Part shown: in pieces, positions 40,339 through 53,002 of the stretch
How the letters are laid out: each line of letters starts with the position of its first letter
How positions within the stretch are numbered: position 1 is the stretch's first letter
The notes under the pieces: model-generated
The model's database searches: none
Told to the model about the DNA's origin: nothing
What the model saw: the letters and a program-made list of their open reading frames with translations, nothing else
Program-made: the position numbers and the translations under genes
NCBI GenBank assembly: GCA_964035545.1
Contig: OZ037766.1
Location: forward strand, 9,042,722 to 9,106,721
Source: Bugula neritina
Lineage: Eukaryota > Animalia > Bryozoa
Length of the DNA stretch: 64,000 nt
Direction of reading: 5' to 3'

Positions 40339-43300
40339 TTAGTCGACATTGAGTCTTTTGAATGTACCAGTGACACCACCAACAGCATCAGCCTGTTTCT
40401 TGCTGTCACCAGAAACTGCCTCTACTTTCTTTATACCGTACTGTTCCCACGATTTAAATTCATCTTCACTAGCCTCCATAAGCTTGGCTACATCCTATTG
40501 TAACAAAACTTGAAACTATTATAATTATTGTAGTCTAAGTGTTGTCTCTAAAATTCCAGAGCTTGTGGAAAAATTTAAGATTTTGCCACTATTCATTGCA
40601 AATTGTATAAAGTTCCAACATTAGAAATTCAATTTCTCCTATGTGAGCAAGTATTAAAATAGTCAATTATAGTTTGACAAGATTTCATGGCTTGCAAATA
40701 TTCCTTAGATTGACAACTATCTGTTAGTATTCCCATCCCTTATTTGGGAATCCTATAACTCCAAGATCTAAATATTTTTATTTCTTGAGTGCTCATAATT
40801 GCTAATGGTAAAGAGTAATCCTTAAAATAATAATAACGATTTTCAACTGACATTGAAATGTAAAAACAGCCCTTACTTTGACATGAGGTTCGACATCAAG
40901 TTCTCCACCAAGTTCTTTTGGAATGATTTTTAGATCAAAATGATCTTTTAAGTATTCTGATGTAGAATGTATGTGAATCTAAAAATATAGTTTAATTGTA
41001 GTGTAACAATCATTGTTTCTGAAAATTTTCTTCATTTGACATTAACTACTTTGTGTGAACATAACAAAAACTGCTTAGGGTATTTTAAAGTTGTTAAACT
41101 CTTTTCACCAGGCAAGGCGCTATTATTATCATATATAAGCAAACTGATGCATTTATAACACTAGTATTTTACCAAAAATTTAATCAATTTTGAAATTGTT
41201 CACACATTTTTCCAATAACAATATTTATTTAAATTGTATCTAAGGTGGGACTACAAAATAATTAATTGTACACCAATAGAAGTTAATAAAACAGTGAAAC
41301 ACTATTCACATTTTAAATTTGAGCCTAATTAAAACATCACAACCGTAAAGCCCTTTGAGATGTATGTAAAAATAACTGCAAAATGTTTTAGTGCAGCAAC
41401 TCAATTGAAGTTAATTTAGAATTAACTAGTAAAAAACTCACCCTACTTTTTAGCTTTTCTGATAAAAATGGCTTTATCATTGCAAAAACATATTCAAAGA
41501 AACTTGGCACATTGATGTAGTGTATCCCCTTCAGTCTGCAGGGCATCGCTTGCTGCAACAAAAATGTACAAAATTGAGTTTTCAGCTCTAGCTTATAAAC
41601 TCTTCAGGCTGAATATTTATTTTGCTATATATGCTAATAAATAACAATGCTCTCATGGATAAATTAAATATAAATGTATATTATTTCAGCTATAACTCAA
41701 AACAATATGTAAATATGGTTATAGGCCTATATCTAACCCAATTGTTGTATATAATGTAATGGCTACAGAGATAATGATAGCTGCAAGAAAACATTATTTT
41801 GAAATTATGTTACAATGTTAAAATTAGCATAAAAGTAATATCCTTAAGGACCAAATTGCTGCTCTATTTAAGTATGTATACAAAAACATAGTAAATGTGA
41901 TACTAATCATACCTGTATAATCGATGTTGCTTTTTTAGCGATAAATGGGCTTAAACTTTTGACATGATTCCAAGTAAGATTTGACATGTCTGCCAGAATC
42001 ACCAAACCATTTACCTGATTTTCTTCTCGCTGTTTGCAAATATTGAAATATATTACATAAGCAACATTATAGACTTATAATGTTGAAGTGTTTTGCAAAT
42101 AGGTCTATGTTTATATACTTCATAAGATTATGATTGTTTCAAAAGCTTGTATGTTAACAAGAAAATAAATAGGCCTATGAAAATAAGGATACAAAAACTA
42201 TTTCTATACATATTTTTAACAAAATTATAACAAAAAACGATATGAAGATAATGAGCGTATAACTTTAGTTAGATGTTAAGTATAAAACTGTTTTATGCGC
42301 GTTTATAAATTATAGAGTGTCTTTTGTGTTAATTGAATATAATCAACCTACCCGAACCATTTTTTCAATTATCATTATGTTTCCTTTAAACAGATCATCA
42401 ATTGTAGCAGAAGTAGGGTCCCACATGGCTGCAATGCAAAAAGTCTAAGGTCAAATGGTTTAAATTCTAATAAAGGGAAAGCTTTATAAAATAATGTCAT
42501 TGGCTTAATAACTTTTTTGCCCTATTAACAATGCAAGCAAGATATTTTATTATAAAATAACTGCTCAATGCTTAGAAGTGAAATTTAAATTCCCTCCATG
42601 TAAACACACTTCTATCTAACTGCCTATAAACTATTAAATGAAAACAAATTGTATTTGTAACTTTTTTCTTGTAAGAGTGCTGGCATGTGCATACACAAAT
42701 ATCTGCATTACAAATTACTTTACTAAACAGTAACTGTTCACCTGTAACTAATGTGATTTTTGTTGCCTGCTCTTTATTTTATGGTAGAAACAGAAATTTG
42801 TGGAAAAATAAAGCATGCATGCAATACACTGACACTGCAGGACAGAAAAATTAGAAATCAGACACTATTATGTTTCTCTCTGAATGTTCAAAATTCCCAT
42901 TAAAGGAAAAATTCTTCCCTGGCTAGTAACCCCTGCTGTAGCGTATCTGACATACTATAACTGATATATTTAAGAAACCGCACCAGGTGACCCGTGTGGC
43001 TATAAACCATAGAGCCAGCATATTTGGTGGGGTCAACCATATAAAGCTACCTGCATGCATTGTGTTTGATTGAAAATTCTGTGCATTTGCGTAGGCAAGG
43101 CGGGTAGCAACTCGCTCAATAGAGTGAGCTAGAAGACTATAAGTTTTTATTTTTTTGCTACAAAATTATTTTGCCAAGTTAATAATTTATATATGTTAAA
43201 CTTTTAGAAAATACAGTATTAAACATAATATAGATAGTTCCTCTGTGGTAGTACCTACATTGTCTCACTGTGTATGGAATCTACCTGTTCTTATCAGGAT

Positions 43301-44673
43301 AGCTTGTGGATCTGTCTCTTTTACCTTTGGTAATGGAATATAAAGACCTTTCTCATAATTCTCTTTGCTAGATGAAGGCCGAAACATCTTGTAGAAGTCT
43401 GCATATTCCACTCTGACTTCATAGTATCTAGTTTAAGATGTAGTGTGTGAGAAGCTTTCAGATTTCATATGAGAAGAGTGTTAGGTTTAAAAACTCATCC
43501 ACGTAAAAGTTTTTACAAATAGTTTTAGGAGTCTTTCAGCAGCGTTTAGTAACTGATTATTTTAATACCTAGAGTAGAGTATAGAAGACTTTAGGACATA
43601 TGAGTTTACCCCAATACCTACTTTGAAAACTAATAATGGAATATTTCTTAGCTATAGTACATATTGTATTACAAGTTAATAGACTCAAACACTTGAAGTC
43701 ATGGCTGTACATCAAAACAGATTGATATATTGTTTTATATTTCACCAACTTATGTACACAATACAAATAAAAGCATAAATGTGTGTGCAGTCTGTGAAAA
43801 ATAAATATATTTTCTAGTTTTACCTGTGCACAAGACTAGCTGCTCTCTCAATATCAAATTTTCTAGCTCTCAAAAACATTAACAAAAATTCATCATCTTG
43901 AGGGCAGTGAAGAGCTGCAAGTACAACAATATTTGACTGGGGAAGTTAGAAATATGTAAAAAGCTGCTAATGCCAATAAAACAACTGCCGATTATATTAG
44001 AGGATTGAGCTTCATGACAACTTTGGCAGCTTTAGAAAATCCCTCAGCACTTGTTTGCAGCTTTCAAGGTAGTCAACTTAAACTTCAAACCAACAAAACA
44101 AACGACTCCAAAAAATAAAAGATCACCTCAACTACCAAGGCACATTCATACATAGTGTTGAAATATACTATAGCAAAATGAGTATAGGTAATTTCCTCTT
44201 TGTTCAAAGTCATTAATTCTAAAGTAGTTTGGGTTGTTTAATTCCAGGATTTAAAGTTAAACTGTTTTGTTTTGCTACAAGGACTGATAGAACTAATTCT
44301 ATTTAGACACCTTGCTCATTCTCCACAAAATTTAGTGATAGTACAAGTTTTTAGCCTGCTTATTTCAGTGAACTCTTATTTGTAAAAAAGATCTTAGGAG
44401 AGTTTTTATTTTGTAAGACTGGAAATGCATGCTATTTCAAGTTTTAAATGCAAGCGTGAACAACTGCCTTATTCATGCCGTTGAATCCTGGGAAGCTACT
44501 GCCCAAGCAAGCATTGCAATATGCTAAATGTGGAAGCAACTATTGTAAACATTCTTACCTAAATCTGATTCGAGACACTTTCTCAGTTTAGAAATATGTT
44601 TTGGCCGGTCTTCCAAATCTTCTTGAAGCTCTTCTTTTGCCTTCTTTTGAAGTGCCTGGCTAAGTGAGGTCAT
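40339..44673 (-). CDS. CRAL-TRIO lipid-transfer protein (alpha-tocopherol transfer protein-like/clavesin family), copy A, 8 exons (44673-44559, 43914-43824, 43427-43285, 42428-42352, 42029-41913, 41552-41442, 40978-40877, 40494-40339), 303 aa
   Basis: KKAKEEL.E, DDEFLLMFLRARKFD, QVNGLVILADM, MPCRLKGIHYIN, KPFLSEKLKSRIHIH, IIPKELGG and C-terminal GTFKRLNVD; intact frame. Confidence 0.94.
42920..43135 (+). mobile_element. Possible short non-autonomous rolling-circle (Helitron/Helentron-like) insertion in intron 3 of copy A
   Basis: GC-richer segment not seen in the paralogous intron of copy B. It ends CGGGTA..stem-loop CTCGCTC-AATA-GAGTGAG then CTAG (43111-43132). The 5' end is not defined. 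Confidence 0.3.
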
Positions 44674-45675
44674 GTTGAATAGACTAAGCAGTACAGCTGT
44701 TAGACTAGCTAGTAACAGGGTGGCATGCAGTTGCACAATACCTTATTGTTTGCATTTGATAACAAGAGCAAACATTTCTACACAATGTGCAAAGATAAAT
44801 TATCATGTAACACACGAACACTTGTTCACTGCAACCTGTGTGTAGAATAGTATTATATGGAGCATAATAAACCCTATATAATCTTTATTGCTGCAAATTT
44901 AGTAAAAAGTATGCTGTGATGTACTTAAGCTTTACAGCTCCCACACAGAAAGCGGAAGCTATACTGCATTTTGCTCAAAATTAGTTATTTATTGCAGTAC
45001 ATAATATATTATCTTTTACTACAACATGATAACAAATAAATAAGTTCACTATTGGAATTTATTCCTTTTCAACAAACAGGGGATAAGTAAAAATTATATA
45101 GATACTCAATTTTACCAAACAATCTCCACTTTCCTTGTGTCACAGAAGTTGTTATAAAAATTAATGAAGATCAAAGTATAAAAACATAACACAAGCAGAA
45201 CATGGACGGCATTCGTTAAAAATTGAGTATATATAGTAAAAATATAATTGTTAATTTTGTTATTATATTAAACATTTACTCATAATCTATGAAATTTAAT
45301 GAAGTGTATTAAGTTACTTTGCCAGTCAGTTTGCTAAAAAACTTAGTAAAATGATTTTTTTTTTAGTTTGGATTATTAAGTTGTGTGTAATTAAAAAAAA
45401 CCTTTATGTAAAAACCTCATACTCTGTTCAATAATCACAGGGATTCCTTAGTTTAATGGCTTTGAGCAGTTCAAAGGTATCGTAAAACAGAACTCCTTTA
45501 AGTTTGGTATTACCACACTTCTAGGACTGCTGTCTTGCATTTAGATAATAGAATAACTGAGTGTGTTGACACAAACTAGCACTTCATAGTGAACCGAAAC
45601 GAGTCATAAGCAGCATTGTTAATTCAGCAGCATAAGCTGGAATGTTTATAGATATAGATTCTAAGCTTCCTAGCA

Positions 45676-45808
45676 CTAATCAGTTTCTTGAATGTTCCAG
45701 GAATTTCTCCATCAGCATCACCTTGTTAATGGCTATTATCAGCAACTGTCTATTTAATGTCATGTCTCTCTCAAGATGTAAATTAAATTATCAACTCATT
45801 AGCCCAAT
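45676..45808 (-). pseudogene. Decayed copy of the last exon of CRAL-TRIO copy C (homology continues through 3' UTR-derived sequence to about 45100)
   Basis: GTTGCTGATAATAGCCAT..GGAACATTCAAGAAACT aligns with 53003-53158 but has in-frame stops and deletions; 45420-45680 aligns with 52755-53005. Confidence 0.88.
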
Positions 45809-46151
45809 AATAATGCGCTATATATAGAATGTCATGTGACAGGAAGATAATGCAGCAGCATGCGACTGTATCTGCGGCCAGACATGCCTAAAGTAGCTGG
45901 AGATGGTGACTCATGCCAATGACTGGTAACTGACAATTAGTGACTCTCTTCTGTCCTTCATTTTTAACTGGGTAGCACCAGGAATTAACACAAAATTCAA
46001 ATTTCACCCGGCCATACATTACAATACTACCTGAACAAATAATTTTGATTACAGCAATTAATATGACTCAAATCAAAATTTGAAAAGAAAATTAAAAACT
46101 TGAGTGTATTGAAATTTCTCATCTACTACTTCAAATGAGTTGTAGAAGGTA

Positions 46152-48800
46152 TTAGTCGACATTGAGTCTTTTGAATATACCAGTCACACCACCAGCAGCA
46201 TCAGCATGCTTTTTGCTGTCACCAGAAACTGTCTCTACTTTCTTTATACCGTACTGTTCCCAAGATATAAATTCATCTTCACTAGCCTCCATAAGCTTGG
46301 CTACATCCTATTGGTATTATAAAAAACAAACTTGAAATCATTAAACTTCTTGTAAAAGTGTTTTTAAAATGCTAGAGTTTAAAGTAAAAACTTTTTTTTA
46401 CTTCTGAAAATTTGGTACAATATCAACTTCAGGTGCTTAATTTTTCTAAAGCATGTAAACTGTCAGAACAATTTCACTGCCTTGCAAATTCCTCCAGTTT
46501 TTAGTCAGCTAAATATTATTATTGCCCGATCTCTTATTTCGAAATCTTATAGTCTTTCAAGTTCTAAACAGTTAATAGTGAACTTTTTGATTGATACTAA
46601 TTTCGAATGATAAACTATAGGCCTTATAACAGCTTTACTTAAAGCTTTAACTGACTATAAAAAGTAAAAAGGTAGCCCTTACTTTGGCATGAGGTTCGAT
46701 ATCAAGTTCTCCACCAAGTTCTTTAGGAAGAATTTTTAGATCAAAATATTCTTTTAAGTATTCTGGTGTAGAATGTAGGTGAATCTAAAAGTATGATTTT
46801 CTAACATGACAACTGTTTAAAACATGATATTTTTGACGTTGACTACTTTAAGTAAAAATTGAAAACTACAAAAACGGCTCATTGCCTATTAGTTGTGTAA
46901 CATTTTGTCACTATGCAAAGCAACATTAAAACTATAAGCAACCTATTAATTACGAAGGCTTTATTCAAATTGCATCCATAATATTGTTGGGACTTTACAT
47001 AAGTTGGGAAAGCTTTTCCCTAATTCATGATAGGTTTGCATGTATCATCACAGCTATGCCAGCTATATTATGCTTTTTCCACACTCATTATGGTTACTAC
47101 ACAATAGCTTAACTTTTTGACAGGTATAACCCCCAGCATTTTCACCTATCTGCACACTTGCATCTTACAACTTGACACTTGAAACTACATGATGTAACGG
47201 TTTCACATTGCTACTTTCTTTCAGTCTGCGACAATAAATATTTCTATATAATTTAAAACACAACACATATAAGATTATACAATTTTTAATCAACGCTAAT
47301 AGAAGTTTCTAGAATAACACAATACTATTTACATGTTAAATTCAAATTTGACTTCGGTAACAGAGCATCATAATATTATTTAACATAAAGGCACAAGAAA
47401 ATTGTGACACGTGATAGTTAAGGTCTATTTTAGAAATTTAAAAAAAACTTACCCGTTTTCTTAGTTTTTCTGAGAGAAATGGTTTTGCTATTGCAAAAAC
47501 ATATTCAAAAAAGTGAGGCACATTGACGTAATGTACTTCTTTCAGTCTGCATGGCATTGCTTGCTGCAACAAGAATACAATTAAAATTTCTGCTCTTAAA
47601 AAAACTATTTAAAAATGAACTTTCACTAAGCTATGTGTTAATGTAGTAAATACTTTCAAACGCTAAAATATTTCATTATCATGTAATATACTTATACTAT
47701 ATACTTATTATATATGTTGTATATATTACTTACTGACTTCAGAGATAATGATTATATCTGCTAGCAAACATATATTACAACATGTTTAAATTCGTGTAAA
47801 AGCATTAATCATGCAAATATGGCTAAAGTGTTGATTTTCTTTCAGATGTATGTATAAACATAGTAGACATAATGCAATCCATACCTGTATCACCGATGCT
47901 ATCCTTTTAGCAGCAAATGGGTTAAAACTTTTAACATGATTCCAAGTAAGATTTGATAAGTCTGTCAGAAACACAAAACCATTTATCTGATTTTCTTCTT
48001 GCTGTACACAAAGAGGTAAATAAACTATTATAGTCAATATATTTCCAAAATCGTCAATACGCACACAGTACCTTCAACAGAAGTTTAAATAAAAAGAATG
48101 CACTATAGAAATGATAAACTAAAAGGCATATAGTTTTAGCCTTTTTGCAAAAAATTTTAAGCATGAAACATTTTTTATGTATATGCTTATAAATTATAGA
48201 GTATTTTTTGAGGTAAATAGATATAAACTACCTACCCTAACCATCTTTTCCATCATCATCATCATGCTTCCTCTAAACATGTCATCAACTGTAGTCGTAG
48301 CAGTGTCCCACAAGGCTGCAGTACAAAAAGATGGGGTTTAAATTCTAATAAATGAAAAGCTTTATGGAATAGTAAAGCGAGAAAGTTTTATTGAAAGCGA
48401 AAATAATTGATCTCATCAAATTAAAAATGAGCTAAAATTACGCTTTATAGCCCCATATATTCACTTATAAGATTACATTTCCATTATAAAGAATTTCCAA
48501 CACTCCATATTTATGTATCATTTAAATATTCATATACATCTTAATTCTTAGCTACTATCTAAAGGCTGTTGGAGGATTGTATACCCAAACACATTTGTTT
48601 TATAATAAATTTTGTGACCGCGAGTCCTGAATTATTTGGATTTCAGACTTTCAGTGACTAAGCCATGTGCTCCTGCAGAAGCCAATAACAGCAGCAATGG
48701 CAATGAAAGTTAGCCATATAAATAAGTATCAGTTTTATAATACCCTATACAATCAGAACCTATTGGAAATGTCATCTAATAAATATAATATAGATATCTG

Positions 48801-48849
<49 letters not shown>

Positions 48850-51221
48850 GTGTGTTGTGTGTTGTGTGTTGTGTGTGTGTGAGTGTTGTGTGTTGTGTGT
48901 TGTGTGTGTGAGTGTTGTGTGTTGTGTGTTGTGTGTGTTGGTACATGTACATGGAATCTACCTGCTCTTATCAGGATAGCTTGTGGATCTGTCTCTTTTA
49001 CCTTTGGTAATGAAATATAAAGACCTTTCTCATAATTCTCTTTGCTAAATGAAGGCCGAAACCTCTTGTAGAAGTCGGCAAATTCCACTCTGACTTCATA
49101 GTATCTAGTTTAATATGAAGCTTGTTGACTAAAATTCTCTTCACATAAAATTTCTTTACACATAACGATAGACCGTCTATTTCTTGTTTGTGCATAACTT
49201 GTGTGAGCAGCTATCAAATTTTATATATAGAAATGTTGTTCAAATTCATATTTATGCCTATTTAGCCTGTTTTTAGGTTGCTTTAGTATCTAATTACTTG
49301 ATATACTAGGTAAATATTATTAAGTTTATAGACTCTAGTAAATATGCGCTGACCACAGTGCTTTAAAAACTAAAATAGTTATTGATCATAATACAAGCAT
49401 TGCTTTGGAGCTAAAGCTATTGTATTACTTTCCAAAGAACTGAATTACTTTTATCCAGGGGTTAACTTTTAAACAGACCAAGTATGATGTTGGAGATTAC
49501 CTTTGCATCAATTAACACACACAATACAGATTAACAGCATAAATAGTATGTTGTTGAAATTATAGACCTTGCTTAGTTTTACCTTCGAATAAGAGTAGTT
49601 GTTCTCTCAATATCAAACTTTCTAGCTCTCAAAAACATCAACAAAAAATCATCATCTCGCGGGCAGTGAAGTGCTGCAAATATAACAATATTTGACTAAT
49701 ATGAAATAGTTGGGTAAAAAACGTGCATCTGTTTTAAAGTTTTTCTCCTGTGAAGACCCTTGTCCTGTTATTAAGCAGACTAAGAACTTTGCCCCTCCCC
49801 ATGGAGATTTGACTTGTGGGACAGAAGCAATTATTGTAACTGCAACACCATTGATTGAGAGAGCACTGGTACAAATGGAAATCTATTTCCATTAATAATT
49901 ACTGTTTTAGTAACTCTCACCTCCTTAATGGTGAAGCCATACACTTGGGAGGAAAGATAACTGGAAGGAATACTTTGGAGGAAAAAATAAACTTTTACTA
50001 ATTCTTAGAGTTTAGACTGCTGTAACTCACTGACTAAGCTTATAGTATTGGCGTTTCTACATTATGAAATGGCTTTAAGTAGTATAACCAAGGCCCCACT
50101 ACCAAGCCTATTTAACTGTGCAGACATAGCTTTGGTAGTGACAGGCTTATCAAAGACCCCAAACAAAACTCTAAGGCTTAGAGGCTTGAGAAAGGGCCTT
50201 CAGTTGTAGTTGTAAAGAGACATTCCTCAGTATAAGATATGTGTTTGGTGCATTTTACTTTATAATAAAGCACTGTGCCTTATTACAAAGTAAAATGCAC
50301 CAAACACACATATGTACTGAGACATGTCTCTTTACAACTACAACCGAAGGCCCTTTTCTGGTATCACAAACGACCTTGTAAAAACTTAAATTCATGACCT
50401 ATACCATATTAGGCCAGCAGCCCAGCACTCTAATCACTAAACTCTAAACAGTAGCTGCTGCATCTATGAAAACAGTGAGAAATATTTGAAAAGCTGCTGA
50501 TGCTTAAGCCAATAAAAGTTGCCAGTTTTCTGGCAGCTTTAAGTAATGTAACAAGCAACTTTGGCAGCTTAAAAATGCATCATTTCAGTACTTACTTGCA
50601 GCTTTCAAAATAATCAACTTGAACTTCAAACCAACTCCAAAAAATAAAAGATCACAAAACTTGCCAATTAACATTAAATTTTATACATGGTTATATGTTA
50701 AGATACTAGGCTAATTATTACTATATAGTTGCATATGCACTCATTTTATGCTGCATGAATAATTGTACAGAATGTTATATTAGTTTAAACTCTCTAAAGA
50801 CATTAATTTTTAATTAACGTGAGGTTTTACTTTTTGATTTGATGTTTATGGTTGAAGCCTAACTGCTTTGTTTTGATGCAAAATATATTGATAGAACTAA
50901 TGCTATATGAAAGTTCTGGTGCAAAGCCTGTTTGTTGCAATGGGTTCCAATTTGTAAAATGAATCTTAGGAAAGCTTATAATTGAAAGACTGTTTCAAGT
51001 TTTAAATGCAAAGATGAACAACTGCCTTATTTATGCTGTTGAATACTGGCAAGCTACTGCACAAGCAAGCATTGCAATATGCTAAATGTGGAAGCAACAT
51101 TCTTACCTAAATCTGATTCCAGAGACTTTCTCATTTTAGAAATATGCTTTTGCCGGTTTTCCACATCTTCATGGAGCTCTTCTTTTGCCTTCTTTTGAAG
51201 TGCCTGGCTAAGTGAGGTCAT
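46152..51221 (-). CDS. CRAL-TRIO lipid-transfer protein, copy B, 8 exons (51221-51107, 49673-49583, 49104-48962, 48315-48236, 48001-47885, 47563-47453, 46784-46683, 46307-46152), 304 aa
   Basis: Same exon sizes and phases as copy A except for +3 nt in exon 4; high nucleotide similarity to A, including intron flanks; intact frame. Confidence 0.94.
48803..48938. repeat. Compound (GT)n / (GTGTGTT)n microsatellite in intron 3 of copy B
   Basis: Visible. Confidence 0.95.
50190..50358. mobile_element. About 168-bp near-perfect palindrome (fold-back/MITE-like) inside an insertion of about 770 bp in intron 1 of copy B
   Basis: AAAGGGCCTTCAGTTGTAGTTGTAAAGAGACAT...TGTGTTTGGTGCATTTTACTTT pairs with AAAGTAAAATGCACCAAACACA...ATGTCTCTTTACAACTACAACCGAAGGCCCTTT; centre GCAC-T-GTGC at about 50274. 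Confidence 0.75.
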
Positions 51222-53002
51222 GTTGAGTAGACTGAGCAGTGACCAACCACACAGTACAGCTGTTAGCCTAGCTAATAACAGGGTAGCATGCAGTTGCACA
51301 ATACTTTATTGTTAACAAACATCTCTTAACAATACATATTTTTATCACATTACTTACAGCTCACCTATTTCCCATGTATTGATCTTGCTGGATATTTGTA
51401 TTCCAGATTTTTTTGTTAGCTAGTTGTGTAGTTGCCTTCTCTGTGAAGGCTGCATATTCTTGAAAAATGAGCAATATTTATAGACCAAAATTATATTCTG
51501 TGTAGGACAAATTAGCTATTTATTTTAAAACAATAGATAACTCATAAATTGCATAAGGTGCAGCGCCATTGATACACCAAAAGACTACAATTATATGCCC
51601 TTGCCCTTCCAACAAAACAACTCTGTTTAATCTTACAGAATAAATTTACAGTGAACACAAATCTATAATTTCTAGCTAAGCAGCTCATCTGCAATTCTAT
51701 AAGGAAATAGCTGCTCAAAACAATCCATTAATGAACTATATTTATAAGTCATTTGCCTTTGGGTGCAACTTTAAAGCACTGCATTTAGTAAATTCCTAAT
51801 GTTGTAACTTGTAATACATTTTTATACCAGGTGGTAAATCTTGTTGGAAGAAATAAAAAATACTGAAAGCACCAGTAGAAATTGATTCTGCTGGAAAGCA
51901 GTGTGATGTTTTGTTACATGCACTGCGTTTCCATGACTGCTGCGAATGGATGCTCATACCAAATAATTTGCAGTTTGTATCAACTTATGGTTTCATTGAT
52001 AGTAACTGTTCCCACACATCTAATAAAAACTCCAATCGTATAATGGAAACGCAGTGTAAATAACTCGATGTAAGTATTCTACCTGCTGATGGGAGAGTGG
52101 AGACAGGTTAATGTGTAATGATAAGTTAGCAGCCAACACATTTGAACTATGACCTATGGTTGTCTAGCAGTGTTGACTAAACATGGGACACTATTACTAT
52201 TATGGTACTTTATTAAAGAGCATGTAGTGGCATAAAAGCACTTAAATTAAAAAAAAGAAACCTCAAAATTAAAACTGAACATCACAGACACTAAATTTGG
52301 TCTAGACTAATTAGAAAAATGCAAAAAAAAATACATATGATCTAAATTTAATGGTTTTGAAGAAATATCTCATAAGCAAGCAATGTAGAAAATAGTAAAC
52401 TTTGCAAAAATGTTTCCAATTTTGCATGTGTCACAGTTGTTATTGTAAAAAGTAATAGAGATAAAAGTACTAAGACATAAAACACAGACAAATAGAGTGC
52501 ATATAAGAGATTCTTGAAAATGTGAGTATCTTATCATATAATATTATAAAATAACTGTTAGTTTTTTGGCCCAAAAATTGGACACTACTTGCTATAAAAT
52601 AAACATTTGTGAGACCGAAATAAATTGAGTAATCTAGTCAGTTTTTTTGCTAAAAGGTTTGATAAAAATGGTTTGATTTGAAGCTCTAAAATTAATTACT
52701 TGGTCCACTAAATTATGTGTAGTTAGAAAACAAAACCTTCAAGTATAAAAGTCGTACTCTGTATAATAATCACAAGAATTCTTAGTTTAATCGTCTCAAC
52801 AGTTCAATGGTATTGAAAAACAGAAGTCCTTTTAGTTTGGTATAGCCACATTTCTAGGACTGCTGGCTTGCATTTAGGTAATAGAATAACTGAGTGTATT
52901 GACACAAACTAGCACTTCTTAGTGATCAAAACTTGTCCTAAGCAGCATTGTTAATTCAGCATAACTTGGAATGTTAGATATAGATTCTAAGACTTCCTAG
53001 AA

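Noticed and set aside
44674-44741. Signal-peptide-like N-terminal extension (QLHATLLLASLTAVLLSL) on CRAL-TRIO copies A and B, or a trans-splice acceptor implying an operon
   Set aside because: It starts at GTG, not ATG, and the segment is bounded by GTATTG..CTAAC..AG, i.e. a short cis 5' UTR intron (44741-44684 in A; equivalent in B)
48753-48961. His/Thr-rich tail of ORF 48753-49088
   Set aside because: Intronic (GT)n compound repeat following the exon 3 donor of copy B
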